Shown in pieces: positions 26,805 through 35,581 of a stretch of 64,000 bases of DNA. Numbering within the stretch: position 1 is the stretch's first letter; every line of letters starts with the position of its first letter. Under the pieces are notes generated by a model that saw only the letters and a program-made list of their open reading frames with translations, was not told the DNA's origin and ran no database searches. This stretch comes from Anaerolineae bacterium (GTDB lineage Bacteria; Chloroflexota; Anaerolineae; Aggregatilineales; Phototrophicaceae), in contig DAOUCZ010000171.1 of NCBI GenBank assembly GCA_034431675.1, positions 7,400 through 71,399 on the forward strand, given 5' to 3'. Both the position numbers and the translations under genes were made by a program.

Positions 26805-29800
26805 TTAGTTGCTGGCCGGCGGCATCGGCAGCGGCAGCGGTGCTGCGCCGTCGATGTCCGGGGTCGGCAGGCGTGGGCTGAGCATTGGGGTGCCGTCGGT
26901 GTAGAGCAGCGACACCGCATCGAGGAACATTCTGCCGTTGGTGGTGCGGGCATTGAGCGTGACGACCACCGACTTGACGCGCTTGCTCAGCGTGCGATTA
27001 CCGGTGTACAGGGTGTAGGGCTGTGTGCCGGATGCCACGTCGAGGCGGATGACCTCGAAGGTATTGTCGGTGTAGTTGATGCGGGCCAGCAGGCGTGCGC
27101 CGTTGGTCAGGCCGATGGTGCGAACCATGGCGCTGAAGGTCAGGCTGTCGCCGGCCTCGCCCCACGCCGGCGACGCGATGGTCTGACGGATGAAGCGGTT
27201 GACGTTGACCGGGCCGGTGAAGTTGAAGCGGAAGGCGCAGTTGCCCTCGAAGGCCACGGTGCTGCTGAGGGTGTTGCACACGCGCCGATCCTTGACCGAC
27301 AGGTTCTTGCGCACCCAGTTGGCCGCGAAGGCGGGCTTAGCGCCGGCGGTCTCGAAGCTGCCGTTGCGCAGCACCTCGCTGTCGCCGTCCACGATGGTGA
27401 CCGACAGGGCTGGCCATGTCAGGCCATTGTAGTTGCTGTCGGCGCTGGTGAAGACGAAGCCGACTGTGCCGCTGTGCAGCCCCTCGAGGATGCGGTCATC
27501 GATGCCGGTGATGGTGACAGTCTGCGGTACGTTCCAGTCCGTGGGGGTGAAGGTGACGCTGGCCGGCGCGAGCGTGAGCTGGCTGCCACCGTCGAAGGTG
27601 ATGGTCACATCGGCGCTGGGCTGTGTGAACAGCGCCACGCTGAACTGGTCATCCGCGCCGCCCTCGACCACGAGGCTGCTGCCGTCGGTTTCGACGACGT
27701 CGATGCCCGGGATGTCGTTGTCGGTGATGTTGACCGTGACGCCGATGCTGTTGGGCGTGATGGCGGCGAAGTCGGCATCACCGGTGAAGGTGAAGCCCAC
27801 CACGGTGCTGTGTGCCCCCTCGATGATGACGTCGTCGACTGCGGTGACCGTGACCGTTTGCGGCACGTTCCAGTCTGCCGGTGAGATAACCAGCGGGTTG
27901 GGCGCGAAGGTGACTTGCGTGCCAACGTCGAAGGTGATGGTGACGTCACTGGTCGGCTGCGCGTTGAGCGTGATGGTGAAGGTGTCGGTGGCGCCGCCCT
28001 CGGTGACATTGGTTGTGCCGCCGGTCTCGACGATGGTCACGCCGGCGAAGTCGTCATCGATGATGGTGACGGTGTGTGTGCCGCTGGCCGAGACGCCGGT
28101 CAGGTCGGTGGTGACCGCCCCGAAGCCGAGGTCGAAGCTGTGCGGGCCTTCAATCAGCGCGTCGTTGACGATGGCGCTGGCGATATTGGCCGTGGCGGCG
28201 TTGAGGCTGCCCGCGGCGAAGGTGATGGAGGTGGTGGTCAGGCTGTAGTCTGCCGCCGTGGCCGTGCCCGCAGTATCAAGGACGGCGACCGTAATCGCTT
28301 CCTCGATGCTGGCCGTGCCCGTGCCCGTCCCGCCGAGCGTGATTTGCGCGCTGACGGTGTGCGGTGTGACCGCCTCTGGCGCAGTGCTGGTGGTCGCCGA
28401 GAAGCTGACAGCTGCCGTGTCGTCACTGCTGATGTCGTAGGTGTTGGACGCGGTGGTGCTGGCCAGACCCGAGGCGATGTCGAGCGTGAGCGTGAAGTCT
28501 TCGGTGCGCTCGACAATCAAGTCGTTGGTGACGCTCACCGAGTGAGTGCTGTTGACATCATCGTGGACAGCGCCGGCAGGGAAGGTGGCCTGCGCCGTGG
28601 TGATGGTGACGTCGCTGGCTTCGGCTGTGCCCAGTGTTAGCAGCAGGTCAACCACGATCGGGTTGGCAATGCTGCCGCCCGGTGCGCCGTTGCCGGTGAC
28701 CTTGAGCGTCATGCCCGGCGAGAAGACTGCGCCTTCGATGACGGTGAAGCCGGCGCTCGAGAAGATGACCTCAGCGGTGTCGTTGTCGGTGATGTTGACC
28801 ACCACGCTGGCGGTGACGAACCCGTTGTAGAGCGGGTCGCTGCTGACGGCGGTGTGGCTGATGGTGGCGGTGTGCGGCCCTTCCACGATGGTATCGTTGA
28901 TGGCCCGAACGGTGATGGTGCGCAGGCTGTTCCACGTGCCCGGGGTGAAGATGACCGTCACCGGCGAGGGCAGGTAGTTCACGCCGTCAGTGCTGACCTC
29001 CAGCTGCGTGTTGAAGTTGAGGGTCACATCGACGTTGGCGGTCGGCTGGCTGGCCAGCGTGATGTTATACAGGTCTTGGGCACCGCCTTCAGTGACATCG
29101 GTGCTGCCGCCGCTCTGGATGATGACCACCTCGGCGGTGTCGTCGTCGATGATGGTGACGGTGGTGGTGGCGTTGCCAAAGGTGACGTCTGACGCGGCGA
29201 TGCTGGTGTCGAGGTTGATGCTGAAGGTCTCGTCTGCCTCGTCGATGGCGTCGCTGATGATGCCAACGGTGATGTCACGGGTTTCGCCGCTCTCGCTGCC
29301 GGCAGGGAAGGTGACCAGCGGCACGCCGAGGGTGTAGTCTGCCGGTGCAGTGGCGGTGATGTCGGTATAGATGACCGGGACAGAGAAGGCGCTTTGGATG
29401 CTCGCCGTGCCCGTACCCGTACCGGTCACTGTCATCGTGACGGTCGAGACATGGTTCCCACCCGATTCCGGCACCGAGTTGGTGGCGGGGGCGATGGCGA
29501 AGTTGACCGTCTCGTCATCGACGATGGTGGCGGTGTGGGCGCTGCCGGTGGTCACTGCACCGCTGGCCGTGACCGTGCCAAAGCTCAGGCTGTAGGTCTC
29601 GTCGGCCTCAAACACGCGGTCACTGACGATGGCGGTGGCGACGTTGAGCGACGTCCCTGTCTCCGTGCCGGCCGGGAAGGTCAGGCTGGTGGTGGTCAGG
29701 GTATAGTCGGCGGGGTTGGCTGCCGTGCCGGCTGTGTCGGTGATTTGGACGGTGACTGCGCCTTGTGTGGTGAAGTTCGGGCCGCCCGTGCCGCTGCCGG

Positions 29801-32800
29801 TGATGACCAGCTCGACCGGTGTGGTGGCGCTGCCAACATTCTCGGCAAAGTTCTGCGACAGGTTGGTAAACGCGACGGTGGCTGTCTCATCATCGGTGAT
29901 GGTAACGGTGTGCGTGCCGCTGACCGTGCCGGTGGCGGTGACCAGCGTGAAGCTGAGGGTGAAGGTCTCGTCGCCTTCCAGCAGTCGGTCATTGGTGATG
30001 CCGATGCTGATGGGCTGGGTGCTGGCGTGCGTGCTGCCGGCAGGGAAGGTGACGCTGGTGGTGGTCAGCGACTGGTCACCAGCGGAGGCACTGCCCAGCG
30101 TCAGGTTGACCGTGGCGGTCATGTCACTGCTGATGGTGCCGCCCGGCGTGCCGTTGCTGATCAGGTCTAGGCGTGCATTGACGGTGTGTGGGCCGGCATT
30201 TTCTGCCACAGCGCTGCTGGTCAGCGAGAAGGTGATTTCTTGGAAGTCGTTCTCGGTGATGGTGACGGTGACGTCTGCCGGGTTGATGGCGTTGTAGATG
30301 GCATCTGCCGACGCGGCGGTCTGCACAATCAGCGAGCTGTGCGGGTTGGTCTCGACCAGCGTGTCGTCTACGGCGGTCACGTTGACCGTCTGCGCGGTGA
30401 ACCAGTTGGCCGGCGTGAAGGTCAGGGCCAGCGCGCCGTCGGTGTCACCGTTGAGGATGAGCTGTGCGGCATCGAAGGTGATGTTAATCACGACGTTGGA
30501 CGTTGGTTCGCTGTCCAGCACGACGGTGTAGCTGTCGGTGGCGCCGCCTTCGGTGACGTCGGTGCTGCCGCCGCTCTCGGTGACGGTGATGCCGGCGGTG
30601 TCGTCGTCGATGATGGTGACGGTGTGTGTGCCGCTGGCGGTTGCCGCGCCGCTGACTGCGCCAAAGCCAAGCGTAAAGGTCTCGTCGGCCTCGTCGATAC
30701 CGTCATTGACGATGGCGATGTCGATGGGCTGGGTGTTACCGCTCTGAGCGCCGGCAGGGAAGGTGATGCTGGTGGTGCTGAGGGTGTAGTCTGCCGGAGT
30801 GGCGGCGGTGCCGGGCGTCTGGCTGACGGCCACCGAGACCGCGCTTTGCAGCTGCGGTGTGCCTGTGCCAACTGAGGTGATGTTCAGCTGCGCGTTGACG
30901 GTGTGCGGCGTGCTGGCTTCTGGCGTGCTGCTGCTGGTCGTCGCAAAGCTGATGGTGGCTGCTTCGTTGTCGGTGATGGTGATGGTCTGGGCCGTGCCGC
31001 TGACGGTGGCCGGGCCGGTCACCGTGCCGATGGCGGCGCTAAAGTTCTCTGTGCCTTCGACCAGTACATCCTCGGTGATGCCGACGTTGACCACCCGTGT
31101 TGCCCCATTGCCGCTGCCGGCCGTGAAGGTCACGCTGGTGGTGTTGGCCGGCCCACTGAAGGCGAAGTCTCCAGTGCCGCCGCCATAGGTGGCCGTGCCG
31201 TCGGTCAGATTGATGGCTGCGGTCAGGGCGTTTTCGAGCGTGTCACCGGCGCTGGTGTTCAGCGTCACGGTCAGCGGGGTTGTGCCGACGGACTCGGCCA
31301 CGGTTGTCCCGCCGGTTAGCGAGACGGTGGCCGTGTTGGCATCGGTGATGGTGGCGGTGTGGTCTGTGCCCGCGGTCAGGCCCGGGTAGGGCGTGGTGAT
31401 GGCGATGGCCATCGAGAAGGTCTCGTCACCTTCGATCAGCGTGTCGCTCAAGAAGTTGTGGAAGACCGCAAACAACGCGCCGTCATTGTTGCCTGCCGAG
31501 ATGGTCTGGTTGAGGAACAAGACTTGGATGTCTGCCGCTTCTGCCGTCAGGAAGGTGATCGGCGCTTCAAAGCTGATGGCGACTTCGTTCTGCGGCGTGC
31601 CGCCGATCGGGTCAGAGGTGATGTCCATCACCACGTTTTGGCTGTAGGTTGTGCCTTCTGCGCCGCTGCCGGTGGCGTTCACCCAGCGCAGTTCCAGCGT
31701 TTCGTTATCGGTGATGTTAGCCGTGATGGTGTTGGTGGCGGTTGTGCCGTCCAGCAGGGCGGTGATGCCGTTGTAATTGGCGTCGGCGCTGGTGAAGGCG
31801 TGGACGATGCTGCCGGTGTGGTCACCCTCAAAGTTGCGGTCGTTGACTGCTGCAACCGTGATGGTTTGTGGCGTGTTCCAGTTGCCGGCATTAAAGGTGG
31901 TGTTGTAAGTGCCGTCGGTGTCACCGTTGATGGTCAGGTCGGTGGCGGGGAAGGTGATGGCCACGTTGACCGTGCCTGTCGGTTGAGTATCCAGCACGAT
32001 GGTGTAGGTATCGGTAGTGCCGCTCTCGCTGACGTCGGTGCTTGCGCCGGTCTGGGTGATGGTGACACCAGCTGTATCGTTGTCGGTGATGTTCACCGTC
32101 ACGTCATCGACCGCAAGGCCGTTGAAGCGCGGGGTGGCGCTGCTGGTGGCGCTGGTGGTGATGGTGGTGGTGTGCGGGTCGGCCTCGTCGATGAAGTCGT
32201 CCACTGCGCGCACCGAGACCGTGACGCCAGTGGTGGCGTTGGCCGGGGTGAGGGTGACGGTCTGCGGCGACGCGCCAAAGCCGCTGCCGGTATTGACCTG
32301 CACCTGCGTGTCGAAGGTGAGGGTGATAGTGACGTTGGTGGGCGGGGTCTGGTTGAGCGACACGGTAAAGGTGTCGGTGGTTGGGCCAGTTTCGCTCACG
32401 TTCAGGGTGGTCGGGTCAACGGTGATTTCTGGCGCAAGCGTGAAAACGTAGGCCGCGCCGCTGTTGCTGATGCTGTTGGCATCATGCAGTGGCGCGCTCA
32501 CCACATATTGACCGTTGCTTTGGGTGACGGCGTGGCCGAACTCGTCAAAGGTGTTGAGGTCAGTGGGTTGCAGCGGCCCTTGCTCTGTCCAGCCGCCGGC
32601 GGTGAAGCTGTAAACGTGGGCAAGGCCGGTACGCCCTGCGGTGGCAACCGAACCAACCACCAGCGAGGTGTTTTCGAGGTCTACACTGAAGCCAAACTGC
32701 CCCGCGCTGCCGGTGGCGGCGGGCAGGGTGTTGGCGGTGGCATAACCGCTGCCGCTGAACACCACCACACGCCCGCTGGGGGCTGCGGTGGCGGTGGGCG

Positions 32801-34904
32801 CGCCGACGGCGACTCGACCACTGTGGATGGATACCGAGTACCCAAAGTAGCGGTTGGTGCCCGGGTTGGGGTCAACCAGCGTGGTGATGGTGGAGAAGGT
32901 CGCGCCCGAGGCGACGTAAGCCGCGCCCTGCCCGCTGTTTTCATTATAAGCACCGATGGCGATGACTTCATCGTTGGGGGTGCCGGGGGCGGGGTCATAG
33001 ACCGAGACCGAGTAGCCGGTGGCGCTGTTCACGCTGGCGGCGGGCACGTCAATGACGGTTGGGCTGGCAAAAGTGCTAAAGTTACGATAGGCATAGACGC
33101 GGCCACGGCTGCCGTTTTCGCCCGTAGCGCCCACGGCAAGCACATCCCCATGCCGGCTGATGGACGCGCCAAAAAAGCCGTTTACTGTTGGGTTTGGAGA
33201 GGTGATTTCGGCAATTTGTGACCAGACCGAGCCGCTCCATTGATAGACATAGAAGGCGCCCGAGTTGGACGTGCCAACGGGGAAGCCGCCCATGCCGGGT
33301 GCGCCGATGATAATCTGGTTGCCGACAATCGTGACGGATTGGCCAAAAGACTGGCCAGCGCTGCTGTAGAGCGGGGTCAGGCGGCTGTGCGGTGTCCATA
33401 CGCCGCTGACGTTGCGATACACATAGGCCGCGCCGGCAGTGCTGCCGTTCACCGCGTCGCCGCGCACCCCAACGACCAACCATTCATCGGTCATATCCAG
33501 CGCAATGCCAAAGTTCTGATCGACGGCGGTGTTGGGCAGGTCAACCCGAGCGATGAGTTCGGGCGTGGAGACGACAAATGACGGGCTAACAAACTCAAGG
33601 GTGGTGAGCGCGCCAGCGCGTGGTGCCCCCGGCGGCAGCGTGAGCGTGTCGCGGCGGGCGCCGGGCGCACCGGCTGCGGCCAGCGTGCCAGAGACATCGA
33701 CCGTGTAGCCGAACTGGTCATTGGTGGTGCTGCCGCCTGCTGCTGCAAGGTTGATGGTGTTGGTGAGCCATATTGTGCCGTTAAAGCGGTAGGTATTGAC
33801 GCTGCCGACGTTGGGCTGGCTAGAGACGGTGCGCCCCGGGCGGCCTGCCAGCGCCAGCGTGTCCTCAAGGGCGACGCTGAAGCCGAGCTGCTCGTTGGGG
33901 TCTTCACCGTTAAACTGCGCGTTAATCGCGCCGTCGGCAAAAAAGGCGAGGTGGCCCGCATCGACATCCCCTGCATCATCATAGAGCGGGGCGCCGACCA
34001 CGCTGCGGCTGGCGCTGTCTGCGCCGCCGAGGTTGCTGTCCCAGATGCCGACCGACTGGCCGAACATCCCATTGGGCTGCCCCCATGATGGAGTCAGAGT
34101 GTGCTTTAGACCCCATGCATTGGCCCCGCCGAGGTCTTGGCGATAGATATAGGCCGCGCCGGTTGGCAGATTGGCGACGTTGGTCATCAGCGGCGCACCG
34201 ACGATCAGGTATTCGCCGTGCAGGTCAACCGATGTGCCAAAAGCTGTGCCCGGCTGACCGATTTTGGACGCGCCGATTTGCCCCCATGCGTTGCTTCCGC
34301 CGACGTTGCGCCCTCGGATGCTCACCAAGCCGTCATCAGTCGTGCCGTCATTAGGCGCGCCGACGGCAGCAAGGTCGGCAAACAAAGCGACCGATGCCCC
34401 AAAGTGAGCATCGGTCTCTGCGGTAGAGGTGATGGTCGTGGTGACGAAGCTGAAACCCGCCCCTGCGTTGGTATCACTGAAGATGTATGCGCTCCCCCGA
34501 TCGACATAGGGGGCGATGTCGTGCAGCGGCGCACCGACGATGACGGTGAGCAAGCCGCCCGCTTCATAGATGTCCACCGCTGCGCCGAACTGCGCACCGT
34601 TTTGCGGGGCAGGCGACACCAGCTGGGTGCGGTAGACCCACGCACCGCTGACGCGCTCATAGATATAGACCGTGCCGCGGTTGCTCTGGGCGCTGGGCGC
34701 ACCGACAGCCATCCACACACCATGGACGGCCACAGCGCTGCCATATTCATGGTCGGGGATGTTGACCGGCGTATCGGTGGTGAAGTCGGCAGGCGTCAGC
34801 TTTTGCTCGATGACAAAACTGGCTGCCGAGACGCTGCCAACACTGATGAGCAGCAGCGTGCTCAATATAAGCAGCATTACTAATCGTGGGACGTGTGTTC
34901 GCAT
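26805..34904 (-). CDS. Giant (2699 aa) secreted surface protein: about 14 FG-GAP repeats, about 14 Calx-beta-like modules and a C-terminal CBM/galactose-binding-like domain
   Basis: Signal peptide MRTHVPRLVMLLILSTLLLISVGSVSAAS. Fourteen FG-GAP-type motifs (YGSAVAVHG..VGAP, FGAAVDIY, FGASVALF..VGAP, FGTSVDLHG, and so on). Calx-beta-type signatures are recurrent, for example VNDGIDEADETFTL, NDRLLEGDETFTL and SDRVFEADETYSL. Module boundaries read (I/V)T(I/V)xD(N/D)(D/E). C-terminal VLRNGSFE...NWV... is CBM-like. Confidence 0.9.
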   Translation of the reverse strand: MRTHVPRLVMLLILSTLLLISVGSVSAASFVIEQKLTPADFTTDTPVNIPDHEYGSAVAVHGVWMAVGAPSAQSNRGTVYIYERVSGAWVYRTQLVSPAPQNGAQFGAAVDIYEAGGLLTVIVGAPLHDIAPYVDRGSAYIFSDTNAGAGFSFVTTTITSTAETDAHFGASVALFADLAAVGAPNDGTTDDGLVSIRGRNVGGSNAWGQIGASKIGQPGTAFGTSVDLHGEYLIVGAPLMTNVANLPTGAAYIYRQDLGGANAWGLKHTLTPSWGQPNGMFGQSVGIWDSNLGGADSASRSVVGAPLYDDAGDVDAGHLAFFADGAINAQFNGEDPNEQLGFSVALEDTLALAGRPGRTVSSQPNVGSVNTYRFNGTIWLTNTINLAAAGGSTTNDQFGYTVDVSGTLAAAGAPGARRDTLTLPPGAPRAGALTTLEFVSPSFVVSTPELIARVDLPNTAVDQNFGIALDMTDEWLVVGVRGDAVNGSTAGAAYVYRNVSGVWTPHSRLTPLYSSAGQSFGQSVTIVGNQIIIGAPGMGGFPVGTSNSGAFYVYQWSGSVWSQIAEITSPNPTVNGFFGASISRHGDVLAVGATGENGSRGRVYAYRNFSTFASPTVIDVPAASVNSATGYSVSVYDPAPGTPNDEVIAIGAYNENSGQGAAYVASGATFSTITTLVDPNPGTNRYFGYSVSIHSGRVAVGAPTATAAPSGRVVVFSGSGYATANTLPAATGSAGQFGFSVDLENTSLVVGSVATAGRTGLAHVYSFTAGGWTEQGPLQPTDLNTFDEFGHAVTQSNGQYVVSAPLHDANSISNSGAAYVFTLAPEITVDPTTLNVSETGPTTDTFTVSLNQTPPTNVTITLTFDTQVQVNTGSGFGASPQTVTLTPANATTGVTVSVRAVDDFIDEADPHTTTITTSATSSATPRFNGLAVDDVTVNITDNDTAGVTITQTGASTDVSESGTTDTYTIVLDTQPTGTVNVAITFPATDLTINGDTDGTYNTTFNAGNWNTPQTITVAAVNDRNFEGDHTGSIVHAFTSADANYNGITALLDGTTATNTITANITDNETLELRWVNATGSGAEGTTYSQNVVMDITSDPIGGTPQNEVAISFEAPITFLTAEAADIQVLFLNQTISAGNNDGALFAVFHNFLSDTLIEGDETFSMAIAITTPYPGLTAGTDHTATITDANTATVSLTGGTTVAESVGTTPLTVTLNTSAGDTLENALTAAINLTDGTATYGGGTGDFAFSGPANTTSVTFTAGSGNGATRVVNVGITEDVLVEGTENFSAAIGTVTGPATVSGTAQTITITDNEAATISFATTSSSTPEASTPHTVNAQLNITSVGTGTPQLQSAVSVAVSQTPGTAATPADYTLSTTSITFPAGAQSGNTQPIDIAIVNDGIDEADETFTLGFGAVSGAATASGTHTVTIIDDDTAGITVTESGGSTDVTEGGATDSYTVVLDSEPTSNVVINITFDAAQLILNGDTDGALALTFTPANWFTAQTVNVTAVDDTLVETNPHSSLIVQTAASADAIYNAINPADVTVTITENDFQEITFSLTSSAVAENAGPHTVNARLDLISNGTPGGTISSDMTATVNLTLGSASAGDQSLTTTSVTFPAGSTHASTQPISIGITNDRLLEGDETFTLSFTLVTATGTVSGTHTVTITDDETATVAFTNLSQNFAENVGSATTPVELVITGSGTGGPNFTTQGAVTVQITDTAGTAANPADYTLTTTSLTFPAGTETGTSLNVATAIVSDRVFEADETYSLSFGTVTASGAVTTGSAHTATIVDDETVNFAIAPATNSVPESGGNHVSTVTMTVTGTGTGTASIQSAFSVPVIYTDITATAPADYTLGVPLVTFPAGSESGETRDITVGIISDAIDEADETFSINLDTSIAASDVTFGNATTTVTIIDDDTAEVVIIQSGGSTDVTEGGAQDLYNITLASQPTANVDVTLNFNTQLEVSTDGVNYLPSPVTVIFTPGTWNSLRTITVRAINDTIVEGPHTATISHTAVSSDPLYNGFVTASVVVNITDNDTAEVIFSSAGFTVIEGAVFSPGMTLKVTGNGAPGGSIANPIVVDLLLTLGTAEASDVTITTAQATFPAGAVHDDVNSTHSVSVTNDLIVERTEDFTLTLDIASGLASTTASNTYDISSDDTAAVSFSATTSTAPEAVTPHTVSAQITLGGTGTGTASIEEAITVAVLDTAGTATAADYSLTTTSITFAAGSLNAATANIASAIVNDALIEGPHSFDLGFGAVTTDLTGVSASGTHTVTIIDDDFAGVTIVETGGTTNVTEGGATDTFTITLNAQPTSDVTITFDVGTQVTFAPNPLVISPADWNVPQTVTVTAVDDVIIEGAHSTVVGFTFTGDADFAAITPNSIGVTVNITDNDIPGIDVVETDGSSLVVEGGADDQFSVALFTQPSADVTITFDGGSQLTLAPASVTFTPTDWNVPQTVTITGIDDRILEGLHSGTVGFVFTSADSNYNGLTWPALSVTIVDGDSEVLRNGSFETAGAKPAFAANWVRKNLSVKDRRVCNTLSSTVAFEGNCAFRFNFTGPVNVNRFIRQTIASPAWGEAGDSLTFSAMVRTIGLTNGARLLARINYTDNTFEVIRLDVASGTQPYTLYTGNRTLSKRVKSVVVTLNARTTNGRMFLDAVSLLYTDGTPMLSPRLPTPDIDGAAPLPLPMPPASN

Positions 34905-35200
34905 AGAAACCTCTGCTGGGTCAAGATGGTGCGCGGGGCAGTCGGGTGGTGCAGTAGTAAAAATAAAACCAAGGGCAAATGACGTCCTTACGTGCTAATC
35001 CCAGTCTGAATGATGTGGGACGCGAATAACACGCACACAAGCGCTATTCATGATTATAAATCAAAAAATTATTTTTGCACGCAATCGATTTGAACTAAAC
35101 TGGTGGCGTGTTTACTTAAATCTACAGTAAATGCGCCGTGATTTGCTGTGGCTTCTGCCCCAAAAGTGCGCTCGCGCAGGGGAGTGTGGTCGTTTGAAGG

Positions 35201-35325
35201 GGTTACAGGCAGGGTAATCGCTTCAAATTTTCTGGTCGTAGGGGCAGTTCGTGAACTGCCCGATGTCACGGGCGCATCCCGATGCTCCCCTACTGATTTT
35301 CAAGCGATTGCCCTAGGGTTACAGG
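35201..35325. mobile_element. MITE-like non-autonomous element candidate: 9-bp direct repeats and imperfect terminal inverted repeats around a double-hairpin core
   Basis: GGTTACAGG occurs at 35201-35209 and again at 35317-35325. Inverted repeat AGGGTAATCGCTTCAAA (35211-35227) versus TTTCAAGCGATTGCCCT (35298-35314), 15 of 17 complementary. The core is shared with 59730-59813. Confidence 0.45.
35210..35293. repeat. 84-bp dispersed repeat, copy A (second hairpin degraded)
   Basis: 81 of 84 nt are identical to 59730-59813. It contains GGGCAGTT-CGTG-AACTGCCC. The three mismatches include two in the second palindrome. Confidence 0.9.
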
Positions 35326-35581
35326 GCTTAGGACTGTGGGATTATGGGGGGTGATGTGGCAGCGCCCCTGTGCAGCAGCAGGGCCAATGCCCCCACTCTC
35401 TGGGGGTCAATGGCTTGACAAAACACAGGATATGACACATGCTAGTGTCTATTGACCCATTGTGACCCATCCTGTAATGGGGTGGAGGAGGCACGGCCAT
35501 GACGATTGTTTTTGACGGTCAGGAACTGCTGATCATCCTCGATTCTCTCACCCCATCTACCCCATTACGGAGTACTGAGCA

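Noticed and set aside
26684-26953. N-terminal 90-codon extension of the beta-helix ORF, which would overlap the giant gene by 149 nt
   Set aside because: The extension is Arg/Cys/Pro-rich and not protein-like. ATG 26683 is immediately followed by a textbook signal peptide.
26688-33221. Plus-strand ORFs (for example 26688-27884 and 31359-33221, the latter 620 aa) antisense to the giant surface-protein gene
   Set aside because: They are artefacts of a long repetitive GC-rich gene. The minus-strand frame is continuous for 2699 codons, with a signal peptide and repeated known domains.
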